A stretch of DNA of 64,000 nucleotides, from assembly GCA_963812155.1 (NCBI GenBank), contig CAWETW010000003.1, positions 1,024,001-1,088,000 of the forward strand, in the 5' to 3' direction. This document shows positions 7,262 through 16,555 of the stretch, piece by piece; positions within the stretch are counted from its first letter, which is position 1; every line of letters starts with the position of its first letter. This stretch comes from Vulcanimicrobiota bacterium (GTDB taxonomy: Bacteria > Vulcanimicrobiota > Vulcanimicrobiia > Vulcanimicrobiales > Vulcanimicrobiaceae). A program made the position numbers and the translations under genes. The notes beneath the pieces are model-generated. The model saw only the letters and a list, made by a program, of their open reading frames with translations, did not search any database and was not told the DNA's origin.

Positions 7262-9625
7262 TTAGAGGAGGCCGAGGCGACGCGCGATGGCGACCGCTTC
7301 GAGGGTGTTGCCCGCGCCGAGTTTGCCGATGATGGACCGGCGTTGATTTTTGATGGTATGGACCGAACGCCCGGTCAGCGAGGCGATGCGCGGCGCGTCC
7401 ATGCCGGAAGCCAGATAGGAAAGTACCGAGAGCTCGGCGCGCGAGAGGGTCGAGCGCTGGCGATCGAGGCCGCAGGCGTCGGCCATCATCGCGATGCCGG
7501 CAAAGCCCGACGAACGCATGGCGTCGGCGTAGCTTGCGATGTCGTGCTGCGCGGCAAAGCGCCGCGCGGCCCCAACGAAGACTTCACCAATGGCCGTCGA
7601 GGCTTCGCACTGGAGCCGGGCCGAGGCCGACGCGGGCCGGCGCAGCAGCACCTCGGCCATGGCGGCGAACGACGAGGCCATCTCGGCGTGGGCGATCGCG
7701 AAGGGGTCGGGCGCGGCCGGGGCCGCGAGCGAAAACTGGCGGAGCAACTCCGAGCCCCGTTCGGACGCGCCCGCGGCGCATGCGAGGAACGCGCCTAAGC
7801 CCAGAGGCAAGCGCTGCATCTGTGGCGGGGCGGCGCAGGCGAAGGCGGCGAGCCGGTCGACTGCCGGCAGCAGTTGTCCGTTCCAGCCGTCGACGATCGA
7901 CCGGCAGACGGCGTAGGTCTCCATGCCGAGCCAGTCGGGGCCGATGCGCCGGATGGCTTCATCGTAGGCTGCAGCGCGCGCGGCCCGGCCCGCCAGGACT
8001 TCGATTTCAAAGGCGGCGACGAGGTCCGAGGCGCGCTCGGTCGGGTCACCCACGAGTTCTTGGAGCGCGATGAGCCGGCCGGAATGGACGGCCGCGAGAT
8101 CCACGTTCGCGCGCAGCGTCGCAATCGCGTAACGGATTTTCAAGGCGCGCACTTCCAGCAGCACCGAGCCGCCGGCTCGGGCCGCGTCTTCGCCGCGGGA
8201 CGCGAGGCCCTCGGCTTCGTCGAGGGCATTGTTGCGCGCCGCATGGAGCGCGCCGTAGATGGCTGCGCGAGCGACGAGCCGCGGTTCGCCGCTGCGCGAT
8301 GCGGCATCCGCCGCGGCGGTGAGGTGGCCTCGATCGGCCGTAATGTGTCCGAGCAGACAGGCGCGCAGGACGATCGTATCGGCATCCTCGGGCGTCATAG
8401 ACAAGAGCGCCTCAACCGCATTCGGGCCACGCGCGGTGTGTGCCATCGAACGCGCGAGGCGGACGGCGGCCGCGGGCGCGCGGCGGGAGGCTTCGCTCAG
8501 AACGCCTTCGGCGACGATCGCCGCCTCCTCGAACTGCGAGGCGAAGGTGAGCAAGAAGCAGCGCGCGGCGGTGCGCGCCGGCGCGGGAATTTCCGGGTGG
8601 GCCGCAAGCCGCTCGAGTGCACCGCGGTCGAAGCGCTCGAAGAGCGGCGCGAGGAGGCTCCAGCCGCGTTCGGCCAAAACGTGCGGCGCTTCGGCCGCCA
8701 GCAGCCCGAAGACCGCCGAAGGATCGGCGTGGTCGAGCGTCATCGCCTCGGCAACGGCCGCGCGTTCGGCGGGATCGGCGGCCTTGTGCACTGCCGCGAC
8801 GACCACCTCGTGCAATCCCGACTCCGATTCGGGGAAACCCAAGCGGCGCGCGACGCGCAACTGTTCGGCCGACGGGCGAATTCCGTGTGTGCCGGCGATG
8901 GCCGCCGCGATTAAGGCAATCCGTTCGGGGGGCGCCATTTCGGCCAGGGTCGAGGCGGCCACCGACGCGACGCCGTCGCCGAGTTGCGCGAGAACCTGTT
9001 CCGGCGTGCAGCCGCGCCGCAGCAACGACGCCCCGAGCGTCGCCGCGATCGGCCATCCGCCGTAAGCGGAGACGATCGTCGTCGCCAGCGTCCGCGCGTC
9101 GGGTGCGTCGCCGAGCACCTCGAGCACCTGTTCGGTGCGAAACGCCAGCGTATCGGGACCGAACGGCATGCCGATCAATCCCCGCGCCATCCACGAGCCG
9201 ACCGAAAAGGAAGCCATGGAACGCCCGATGAGCACGAGATGCGGGTCTTCCGCGTCGACCAGTGCTTCGACTAAACGCAAGCCTTCGGGATCGAGACGCT
9301 GCACGTCGTCGACGAGCAACGAACAGCGCGGCGGCACGGCGGAAAGAATGGATCGAATCGCACCGTCGGCGTCGCCGGCTAAACGCGCGACGATGCTGCC
9401 GGCGTCCTCGGCGCTCAAGCCAAGCGCGTGCAAAAGCGCACGATGAAACGATCCCGGGCGCGAACCCGCCGGAACCTCAATATAATGCGCGTTTGGAAAC
9501 GCCGCGCGCACGGCGGTTGTTTTGCCCCAACCGGGACCGGCTTCCACGAGTAAAACTCGCTCGTGAAGAAACGCCGCCCGCAGCGCTCGGACCGCCCCGG
9601 TTTCAACCCTCGCCCGTTCCTCCAG
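7262..9625 (-). CDS. MalT-like (STAND) LuxR-family transcriptional regulator
   Basis: Walker A GPGWGKTT, Walker B LLVDD, GGWPIA, Ala-rich helical middle region, C-terminal LuxR HTH (LSRAELSVL...SVHTIKNQRRSIIGKLG). Start probably CTG at 9625 behind GGAGG; the track start at 9547 cuts into the P-loop strand. Confidence 0.88.
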   Translation of the reverse strand: MEERARVETGAVRALRAAFLHERVLLVEAGPGWGKTTAVRAAFPNAHYIEVPAGSRPGSFHRALLHALGLSAEDAGSIVARLAGDADGAIRSILSAVPPRCSLLVDDVQRLDPEGLRLVEALVDAEDPHLVLIGRSMASFSVGSWMARGLIGMPFGPDTLAFRTEQVLEVLGDAPDARTLATTIVSAYGGWPIAATLGASLLRRGCTPEQVLAQLGDGVASVAASTLAEMAPPERIALIAAAIAGTHGIRPSAEQLRVARRLGFPESESGLHEVVVAAVHKAADPAERAAVAEAMTLDHADPSAVFGLLAAEAPHVLAERGWSLLAPLFERFDRGALERLAAHPEIPAPARTAARCFLLTFASQFEEAAIVAEGVLSEASRRAPAAAVRLARSMAHTARGPNAVEALLSMTPEDADTIVLRACLLGHITADRGHLTAAADAASRSGEPRLVARAAIYGALHAARNNALDEAEGLASRGEDAARAGGSVLLEVRALKIRYAIATLRANVDLAAVHSGRLIALQELVGDPTERASDLVAAFEIEVLAGRAARAAAYDEAIRRIGPDWLGMETYAVCRSIVDGWNGQLLPAVDRLAAFACAAPPQMQRLPLGLGAFLACAAGASERGSELLRQFSLAAPAAPDPFAIAHAEMASSFAAMAEVLLRRPASASARLQCEASTAIGEVFVGAARRFAAQHDIASYADAMRSSGFAGIAMMADACGLDRQRSTLSRAELSVLSYLASGMDAPRIASLTGRSVHTIKNQRRSIIGKLGAGNTLEAVAIARRLGLL

Positions 9626-9698
9626 GTCTACCTCCGGAACTGCCCGATTCTGGGCTGCCCGTCCGGCTCCTTGAAAAAGCGGAGCTTGGTGTGAACAG

Positions 9699-11585
9699 TC
9701 AGCCGCCGGAGACGTCGATCAGAAGTTCGGTTGCCAGCGCGATCAGGAAGCCGGCAGTGATTGTCGTGGTGACCAGCGCGGTGAGGCCGGAACGGCGCAG
9801 CAGCGACCAGAGCTCGCCGATGACGAAGACGAGCGCGCCGACGGCAGTTGCCAGAAACAGCACCGAAAGCACGGGCGAGTAGAACTGATAACCGACCACC
9901 GTGCCCAAGAAGGTTGGACCGCCGGCAATCAGGCCTGCGACGCCGATTTGAAACCAGGTCGGCACGAAGCGGCCGACGAGCGGCGCGGCGATCCCGAAGC
10001 CTTCGGTCGCATTGTGCAGCGCGAAGCCGACGATGAGCGCGACGGCGATGGCCGTCGAACCGGCCGCGGCCGACGCGCCGATTGCCAAACCTTCGCCGAA
10101 GTTATGCGCGCCGATACCGATCGCGACGATCGTCGACAGCAACAGCGGATTCTCGGCATGCTGGGCGGCGTTGCGCGTGAGGTGCGTGGCGACACTTCCC
10201 AGTCCGACCAGCCCGACCAACAGGCCGATGATGAAGACTGCGACGGTCGTGAACGGGAACGGCTGCGTGCCTGCGTGCCAGGCGTTGACGTTTTGCACGA
10301 TGGGTGCGATGGCGTTCTGTGCAATTTCTACGACGAGGTAGAGCAGAATGCCGATGGCGAGCGCGTTGAGCAACGCAATCGTCTGCATCGATACCCGCCG
10401 TGCACGCGCGATCGGGAGACCGAGGAAGATCGTAAAGCCGGCGATGGCGCCGAGAACGATCGTCATCCCGAAGCTCAGCGGTTTGGGCGCCGAAGCGTTC
10501 ATGGCGGGCATCATTGCGTCGTACATGCTGGCGATCGTGTTCGGCGTACCGGCGTAGTGAATCGCGGTAACTAAACCATCGGGCATGCCTCGCCCGTCTT
10601 CGACGTGATCGAGGACGTGGCAATGCAGCAGCCACGTCCCGGGTTTTGCATCGGCTTTCACGACGACGTCGATGCGCTGTCCAGGCGCGAGCATCACGGT
10701 ATCTTCTAGTTCGGGAGCGCTCACCGGCTGCGCGTCACGCGCGACGATTTGCTGATAGTGGCCGTGCGTATGCATCGTGTGAAAGTTTTCGGCCGAGATA
10801 TTGACCCAGCGTATGCGAAAACGTTCGCCCGCTTTTACGTCGAGCGTTTGCGCGAGCGGATACTCTTTGCCGTTGAGCGTGAACTCATCTTCGGCCGCGC
10901 TTTGAATCTGCCAGGAGGAAAGTATCTCGAGGAAGTCGCCGCCGAGATTGCGTTCGTAAGGGAGCGGATGCGACGGCTTGACGACGATCGCGCCGTAGAG
11001 CCCGGAGTTGAGCATCGCTTCCTGATCGTGCGAGTGATAGATGAACGTGCCAGGCGTGTCGGCGACGAAGCGGTAGACGAAGTGTCCGCCGTGCGGCACG
11101 AGCTGCTGCGAAATTCCAGCGACGCCGTCCATAGAAACGGGAATGTCGTGGATGCCGTGCAGATGCACCGTGTCGGGCGTGACGTCGTCGTTGGCGTAGT
11201 CAATGACGACCGTATCGCCTTGGTTCACAACGATGGCCGGCCCGGGAACGACCCCGTTGTAGGTGTTGGCCATTACCGTCAATCCCGGCTTGAGCGTCCA
11301 GGGCGCGGCGCGCTCGACGATGTGGAACGTTTTCGTGCGGCCTTGGACTTGTGGGATCGCTTGGTAGGCGCCGTCCGGGCGCCGGGACGTGCGCGATTCG
11401 CCGGGAGCCGGCGTCGCTACGGGAATCGGGCCGCGGATCGGTTGCAAACCGAGCGTCGTGGAGTTGGCGCTCGGAACCTCGTCGGCGTCGGCCCGCGCGG
11501 GGACCGGCGCGAAGGCTGCCGCGGACAAAGACGGCGAGGAGACAACGCGAGCAGCCAATGGCTTGCAGAGCCGGCAGAAAGGCAT
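9699..11585 (-). CDS. Two-domain multicopper oxidase fused to a ZIP-family metal transporter
   Basis: Copper motifs HLHG, YHSH, HTMHTHGH, HCHVLDH, then about 8 hydrophobic segments with ZIP signatures GIGAHNFGEG and ALHNATEG, all in one uninterrupted ORF. Confidence 0.9.
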   Translation of the reverse strand: MPFCRLCKPLAARVVSSPSLSAAAFAPVPARADADEVPSANSTTLGLQPIRGPIPVATPAPGESRTSRRPDGAYQAIPQVQGRTKTFHIVERAAPWTLKPGLTVMANTYNGVVPGPAIVVNQGDTVVIDYANDDVTPDTVHLHGIHDIPVSMDGVAGISQQLVPHGGHFVYRFVADTPGTFIYHSHDQEAMLNSGLYGAIVVKPSHPLPYERNLGGDFLEILSSWQIQSAAEDEFTLNGKEYPLAQTLDVKAGERFRIRWVNISAENFHTMHTHGHYQQIVARDAQPVSAPELEDTVMLAPGQRIDVVVKADAKPGTWLLHCHVLDHVEDGRGMPDGLVTAIHYAGTPNTIASMYDAMMPAMNASAPKPLSFGMTIVLGAIAGFTIFLGLPIARARRVSMQTIALLNALAIGILLYLVVEIAQNAIAPIVQNVNAWHAGTQPFPFTTVAVFIIGLLVGLVGLGSVATHLTRNAAQHAENPLLLSTIVAIGIGAHNFGEGLAIGASAAAGSTAIAVALIVGFALHNATEGFGIAAPLVGRFVPTWFQIGVAGLIAGGPTFLGTVVGYQFYSPVLSVLFLATAVGALVFVIGELWSLLRRSGLTALVTTTITAGFLIALATELLIDVSGG

Positions 11586-11748
11586 TTAGGTACGCCTAAC
11601 CTTGGGTCGAGCCTTCTCCTAAGACCTCCTCACTTGCCGGGCGTTCGCCCGCAAACCCACGCTTGCGCAAGAACTCAGGATGTTGCCCATAAAGAGGGTC
11701 ACTGCAGTGGGCGAAAGGATAGATTCGCTCGCCAGAAAGAGGCCAACC

Positions 11749-12150
11749 GTGCCCCCGAGCCCCCCACCTGAAATTCAGAGCCTGATCGACCACCACATTA
11801 GCGGCTTCAACAGCCAGAACTCCGAGATGTTCCACCAAGTCTTTAGCGATACAGCCGTTATCATTGACGGCATAGCACCCTATCGCTGGCTGAACCCCAA
11901 TGCTCCGGCCAACTGGCTTGCCGACGTAGAGAAATGGCGTCAGGGCCTTGGCGTGACGTACGAGCACATATCCTACAAAATGGGCTTCTGGAACGTAGAG
12001 GGCTCCTATGCTTACGCCGTGATCGACGGAACGCTCACCGTAACGATAGGCGGCCAGACCACCGCTCGAACCGGGACTCTCGCGTACACGTTTTCCAAGC
12101 ACGGGTCGGAGTGGAAGATCGACGCCCAAGCCTGGGGCCGAACGTCCTAG
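11749..12150 (+). CDS. NTF2/SnoaL-like protein
   Basis: IQSLIDHHISGFN start and YTFSKHGSEWKIDAQAW end; GTG at 11749 with AGAGG RBS (track start 11680). Confidence 0.75.
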   Translation: MPPSPPPEIQSLIDHHISGFNSQNSEMFHQVFSDTAVIIDGIAPYRWLNPNAPANWLADVEKWRQGLGVTYEHISYKMGFWNVEGSYAYAVIDGTLTVTIGGQTTARTGTLAYTFSKHGSEWKIDAQAWGRTS

Positions 12151-12153
12151 CTT

Positions 12154-13339
12154 CTATCTGAGTTCGATGACTGGGAACGTCGCGGACTTCGTTGCGCCGG
12201 CGCCGGTCCACGTTATCGCGATAGGACGGCGCGCTTCGAGTAGCGCGTCCCAGGTGCGGTAATTCATTTCGGACGCCGGACGGCCGTTGATGGTAGCGAT
12301 AACGTCGCCAGAACGCATGCCAAGTCGTGCCGGCTGCATATCCGGTGTTACGAATCGAACGAGGCGTTCGTCACCAAACGTTACGGAGAATCCGGGCGTG
12401 AGCAGTGCCGGGAACCTGAAATTGGTTTCCTTGAAACCGAGGCTGAAACGCGACTCGTCGATCGGCGCGATCGAACTCGACGTTGAATTGATCGATGACC
12501 GGCATTCCGATGTCGGGAACGGGCAGCGAGTCGTTGATGCCGATAGCCGGCTGTCGTGAAAGCATCGGACCGAGGTTGAGAACGCCGTTTACCGTCGTGA
12601 TGTTAGTTTGCGTGACGCCGGTTTCGCCGTTGACGACCGTGGCTGCTGGTACGGGTGCGTGCGCGAACGTCAGGTCTTTGACGTTGGCGGCGGTCGCTTC
12701 CCACGCGTAGGCGTCGTCGCCGGTATCGACCAGCGTCGGCAACGTTAGCGAGCCGATCCTCAGGTCCACGTTCGGAATGCGGGCAATCAACGTGTACGGC
12801 AGCCAAAAGGCGTTGGGCAGCGGCACGGCGCTTTTGCTTACGATCAACGTTGACGTCGAAAAGTCGAAATCGAGATACGACGTGCCGAAGGCATTGAATC
12901 CGAGAATGCCGTCGACGTCGTCTCCGTCTCCGATTGCGGCGTAGTAGTCGCGCATCGATATTCCCGCGACTCGGACCTCGTCTGCACGGACGATGGCATG
13001 ATGGCCCGCCACTTGACTGACGATCTGCACTCCCGCTGCGCGGACGACTTTCGTGCTGAAAATCGTTACACTCGCACCCGTGTCGAAAAGGAACGTAAAC
13101 GGACCGCGGCCGTTAACGAATACCGTTACGTAGGGCGACCGGTAGTGTCCAAACCAGTCGGTTCCCGTCAACGGGATTCGCGCCGGATCCGCAGACCAGA
13201 CGATCGTCTTAGCGCCTTGCAGGTACGCCTGATGGATCGCCTCGGAAATCTCGGCTCCTGCCGCGCGATTCGCGGGAACGAAGCACGAGAGCAGTATCGC
13301 GATTCCGGTTGCGAGTAGCCGGCCGGCGATGCGGTGCAT
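12154..13339 (-). CDS. Secreted double retropepsin-like aspartyl protease with C-terminal PDZ domain, split by a frameshift near 12410
   Basis: FLFDTGAS, VDGILG, TLVDTG. Removing one C at 12408-12412 joins VPALLTPGF...GMRSGDVIATINGRP (PDZ-like) in frame. Confidence 0.8.
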
Positions 13340-13419
13340 GACCCTAGATTATCAAATATTTAGGGCTTTTGATATCTCTTTTAGAGCGCGGGGCAGACGG
13401 CAGTGTTAGGATGACGCCG

Positions 13420-14745
13420 ATGATACCGAGCGTTCGAATCCGGTTCGCCGCATGCGCCGCTGTCTGGGCGGCGTCCGCGGGAATTGCACCTTCGGGCGCG
13501 GAGCCGGCGGCGATGTTTCGCGTGGATGCAGCGCACTCTGGCGTCTACGCGTCGGCGGCGCCCTCGCTAAAATCGGTACGGTGGCGTTTTCACGCGGGCG
13601 GCGCGATCGTTTCGTCGTCCGTTGTTTCCGACGGCGCCGTGTACGCCGGCAGCAACGACGGCAACTTGTACGCAGTGCGCCGGAGTAACGGCACGCGGCT
13701 GTGGCGGTTTGCAACCGGTGGCGCGGTAACGTCTTCGCCGGCGCTCTCCGGCGGCGCGGTTTACTTTGCGAGCGCCGACGGCTACGTCTATGCCGTGGAC
13801 GCGAGAACTGGGACGCCGCGCTGGCGGTTCAAGACCGGCGGCGAGCGGCGCTTTGCAGCGCCCGGGATACACGGAATCAAGCCGGCCAACCAAATGATGG
13901 CCGATCCCTTCGACATGTTCGTTTCGTCGCCGGCGATCGCGGATGGAACGGTCTACATCGGCAGCGGCGACCACAACGTCTACGCACTGGACGCGCGCAC
14001 CGGCACCGAGCGCTGGCGCTTTGCGACGGGCGACGTCGTCCACTCGTCGCCGGCCGTTGCGAACGGCATCGTCTATATCGGAAGCTGGGACCGGAACTTC
14101 TACGCGCTCGATGCGGCGACCGGAAAACTTCGCTGGAAATTCCTGACCGGCGACGATCGAAAGATTCATAACCAAATCGGCATTCAGAGTTCGGCTTCGG
14201 TGGCGAACGGGATTGTCTATTTCGGATGCCGCGACAGTCATTTGTACGCCTTGGATGCGCGCGACGGCACGCTGCGCTGGAAGCACGACGAAAAGGGGAG
14301 TTGGGTCATCGGGACGCCTGCGGTTTACCATGGCGCGGTTTACTTCACGACCTCCGACGAGCGCGTGTTCTTCGCCGTCGATGCGATAACGGGCAAAACG
14401 CTGTTCCACGATGCCTACGCCTCGTTTTCATTTTCCTCACCGTCGCTCGCCGGCGGCGTCGCCTACTACGGTACGTTCGACGGTACGCTCTACGCCGTCG
14501 ATGCGCGCGACGGGAGGGTCGCGGCGACGTTCCAAACCGACGGCGCGAGAAAGAATCGGGCAGCGCATCTCGATAAAAAGGGCAACCTCGATCTCAACAC
14601 GTTCTATTCGAGTAATACGATCGACGGCATCAGTGCGGGTTTGGCGAAGATTTTCACGCTCGGTTCGATCGTGGGGTCGCCGGCGATTGCCGGCGGCGTA
14701 CTCTACATCGGCAGTACCGACGGCACGTTGTACGCGATCGACTAG
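13420..14745 (+). CDS. Secreted PQQ-like (BamB-type) beta-propeller repeat protein
   Basis: Repeated SSPA...VYxGSxDxxxYAxDAxTGxxRWxF units; signal peptide. Confidence 0.88.
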   Translation: MIPSVRIRFAACAAVWAASAGIAPSGAEPAAMFRVDAAHSGVYASAAPSLKSVRWRFHAGGAIVSSSVVSDGAVYAGSNDGNLYAVRRSNGTRLWRFATGGAVTSSPALSGGAVYFASADGYVYAVDARTGTPRWRFKTGGERRFAAPGIHGIKPANQMMADPFDMFVSSPAIADGTVYIGSGDHNVYALDARTGTERWRFATGDVVHSSPAVANGIVYIGSWDRNFYALDAATGKLRWKFLTGDDRKIHNQIGIQSSASVANGIVYFGCRDSHLYALDARDGTLRWKHDEKGSWVIGTPAVYHGAVYFTTSDERVFFAVDAITGKTLFHDAYASFSFSSPSLAGGVAYYGTFDGTLYAVDARDGRVAATFQTDGARKNRAAHLDKKGNLDLNTFYSSNTIDGISAGLAKIFTLGSIVGSPAIAGGVLYIGSTDGTLYAID

Positions 14746-14757
14746 CAGGCGCACTTC

Positions 14758-15729
14758 GTGACGCCGCCGGGCCGGCATCCGGCGACCGTCGAACCCCCGA
14801 GGGTGCTTTCTTTGGGCGACATTCGGGTTTCGCGTTTCAGGCCGGAGCGAGACTCGTTCCGAGATCTTACGAAACTGCTCAACGCCGCCTATACGAGCTT
14901 GGCGGACGCCGGTTTGAACTACGTCGCCGCCACGCAGGACGTTGCAGTCACGGCCAAGCGCGTCGAGGCCGCCTCGGCATGCTGGGTGGCGCACGCGGGC
15001 GAGAAGTTGGCCGGGACGATTTGTTACTACAATGGCACGCGTGCCGAGGCGGCGCCAGAGTGGTACGCGCGGGAAGAGGTTGGTTATTTCGCACAGTTCG
15101 CCGTCGATCCGGCGCTGCAGGGCTGCGGCATCGGTGCGCTGCTGATGAACGTTGCAGAAGAGCGAGCGTTGGCCGATGGAAACCTGGAGTTTGCCTGCGA
15201 TACCGCCGCGCCCGCTCGACGTCTCGTTCGTTTCTACCATCGAAGAGGATTTCGCGTCGTCGGGAGACATCAATGGGCGCACGCGCGCTACGAGAGCGTC
15301 GTCTTGAGTAAGCGGTTAGGGATTACGATCCGCTCGGCAACGCAAGCAGATTATCCGGCGATTGTGGCTATCTCCGATACGACGCCGTGGGAAAAGGGTG
15401 ACTTTCTGATGCACATGCTGTCGCGCCGTGCCGTCGACGTGGCGTGCGAGGGAGAGCGGATCGCCGGTTTCAACGCCTGGAATCGCGAGTTGTTTTCAAA
15501 GCCGATGATTTGGCTCATCGCCGTGCAGCCGCACGAGCGGGGTAAGGGTATCGGCAGTCTCTTGTTTTCCAAAGCCGAGCGCGATTGCAGCGGCAGCCGG
15601 CTCTACGCGTCGACGAACCGCAGCAACGTCGGAATGCAACGGTTCTACGAACGCCGGGGCTACCGCGCCTGTGGCGAACTCGATCTCGACCCGGGCGATC
15701 CGGAAATGTTCTACTGCATCGATCTATGA
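14758..15729 (+). CDS. Tandem GNAT-family acetyltransferase
   Basis: Two acetyl-CoA motifs, VDPALQGCGIGALL and VQPHERGKGIGSLL, each followed by FYxRRG[F/Y]. Confidence 0.85.
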   Translation: MTPPGRHPATVEPPRVLSLGDIRVSRFRPERDSFRDLTKLLNAAYTSLADAGLNYVAATQDVAVTAKRVEAASACWVAHAGEKLAGTICYYNGTRAEAAPEWYAREEVGYFAQFAVDPALQGCGIGALLMNVAEERALADGNLEFACDTAAPARRLVRFYHRRGFRVVGRHQWAHARYESVVLSKRLGITIRSATQADYPAIVAISDTTPWEKGDFLMHMLSRRAVDVACEGERIAGFNAWNRELFSKPMIWLIAVQPHERGKGIGSLLFSKAERDCSGSRLYASTNRSNVGMQRFYERRGYRACGELDLDPGDPEMFYCIDL

Positions 15730-15762
15730 AATCATACCTGAATATTTGTCCTCCGGGCGGCG

Positions 15763-15876
15763 CTTCGACGCCGCTCCCCTTCGACTCGCTACGCTCGCTC
15801 AGGATCGCTTCGCTCAGCGTGACACCTGGTTGGATGCCTTCGCTAGCGTGACACCGGGTTGGATGCTCAGGGTGAG
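15763..15876. repeat. Composite cluster of REP-like units
   Basis: CCCTTCGACTCGCTACGCTCGCTCAGGA, GCTCAGCGTGACAC and a tandem GCGTGACACC(T/G)GGTTGGATGC duplication. Confidence 0.7.
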
Positions 15877-15904
15877 GCGAGGTTAGTGAAGAAGAGTGGG
15901 GGCG

Positions 15905-16555
15905 ATGAGGGAGCGGTGGGTTTCGTTCGATTGCTTCGGAACGCTGGTCGATTGGCACACGGGATTTCGGCGCATTCTCGAACGCGCGGGGGCGCGCCGT
16001 GCGACGGAAATCGAGGCGGCGTTTCATCGCTGGGAACCGGAGGTCGAAGCCGGCGAGTACCGAGCGTATCGCGAGGTGACGCGGCTCGCGCTCGAGCGCG
16101 CGATGGACGATGTCGCCGATGAGCCGCATCTCTCGGCGACGGCCATCGCCGACAACTGGGAATCTCTTCCGGTGTTCGGGGACGCGCCGCCCGCGTTGCA
16201 GCAGCTTCACGACGAAGGCTGGCATTTGGCCGTGCTCACGAACTGCGACGTGGATCTGTTCGCGCTGACCGCGCCGTCGCTCGGCGTGACGATCGATCGC
16301 GTCGTCACCGCGCAAGACGTGCGCAGTTATAAACCCGCGCTCGGGCATTTCCATCGATTCCGGGAGACGATCGGCGACGTGGCTTGGGTGCACGTGGCCT
16401 GCAGTTGGTTCCACGACATCGCGCCGGCGCGCGCGGTCGGGATTCCTCGCATCTGGGTCGATCGCGACCGCACCGGTGAGGACCCGTCGATCGCGACGCG
16501 CGTCATACCGAATCTCGAGAGCTTGACGACGATTCTCCGCATGGTGATGCGATGA
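15905..16555 (+). CDS. HAD-family hydrolase (haloacid dehalogenase type II-like)
   Basis: FDCFGTLVDW, LTNCD, SYKP, HVACSWFHDI. Confidence 0.9.
   Translation: MRERWVSFDCFGTLVDWHTGFRRILERAGARRATEIEAAFHRWEPEVEAGEYRAYREVTRLALERAMDDVADEPHLSATAIADNWESLPVFGDAPPALQQLHDEGWHLAVLTNCDVDLFALTAPSLGVTIDRVVTAQDVRSYKPALGHFHRFRETIGDVAWVHVACSWFHDIAPARAVGIPRIWVDRDRTGEDPSIATRVIPNLESLTTILRMVMR

Noticed and set aside
15763..15876. Repeat cluster as a mini-CRISPR or small gene (ORF 15585-15851)
   Set aside because: Units match the dispersed REP family and are irregularly spaced; the ORF is just translated repeat.
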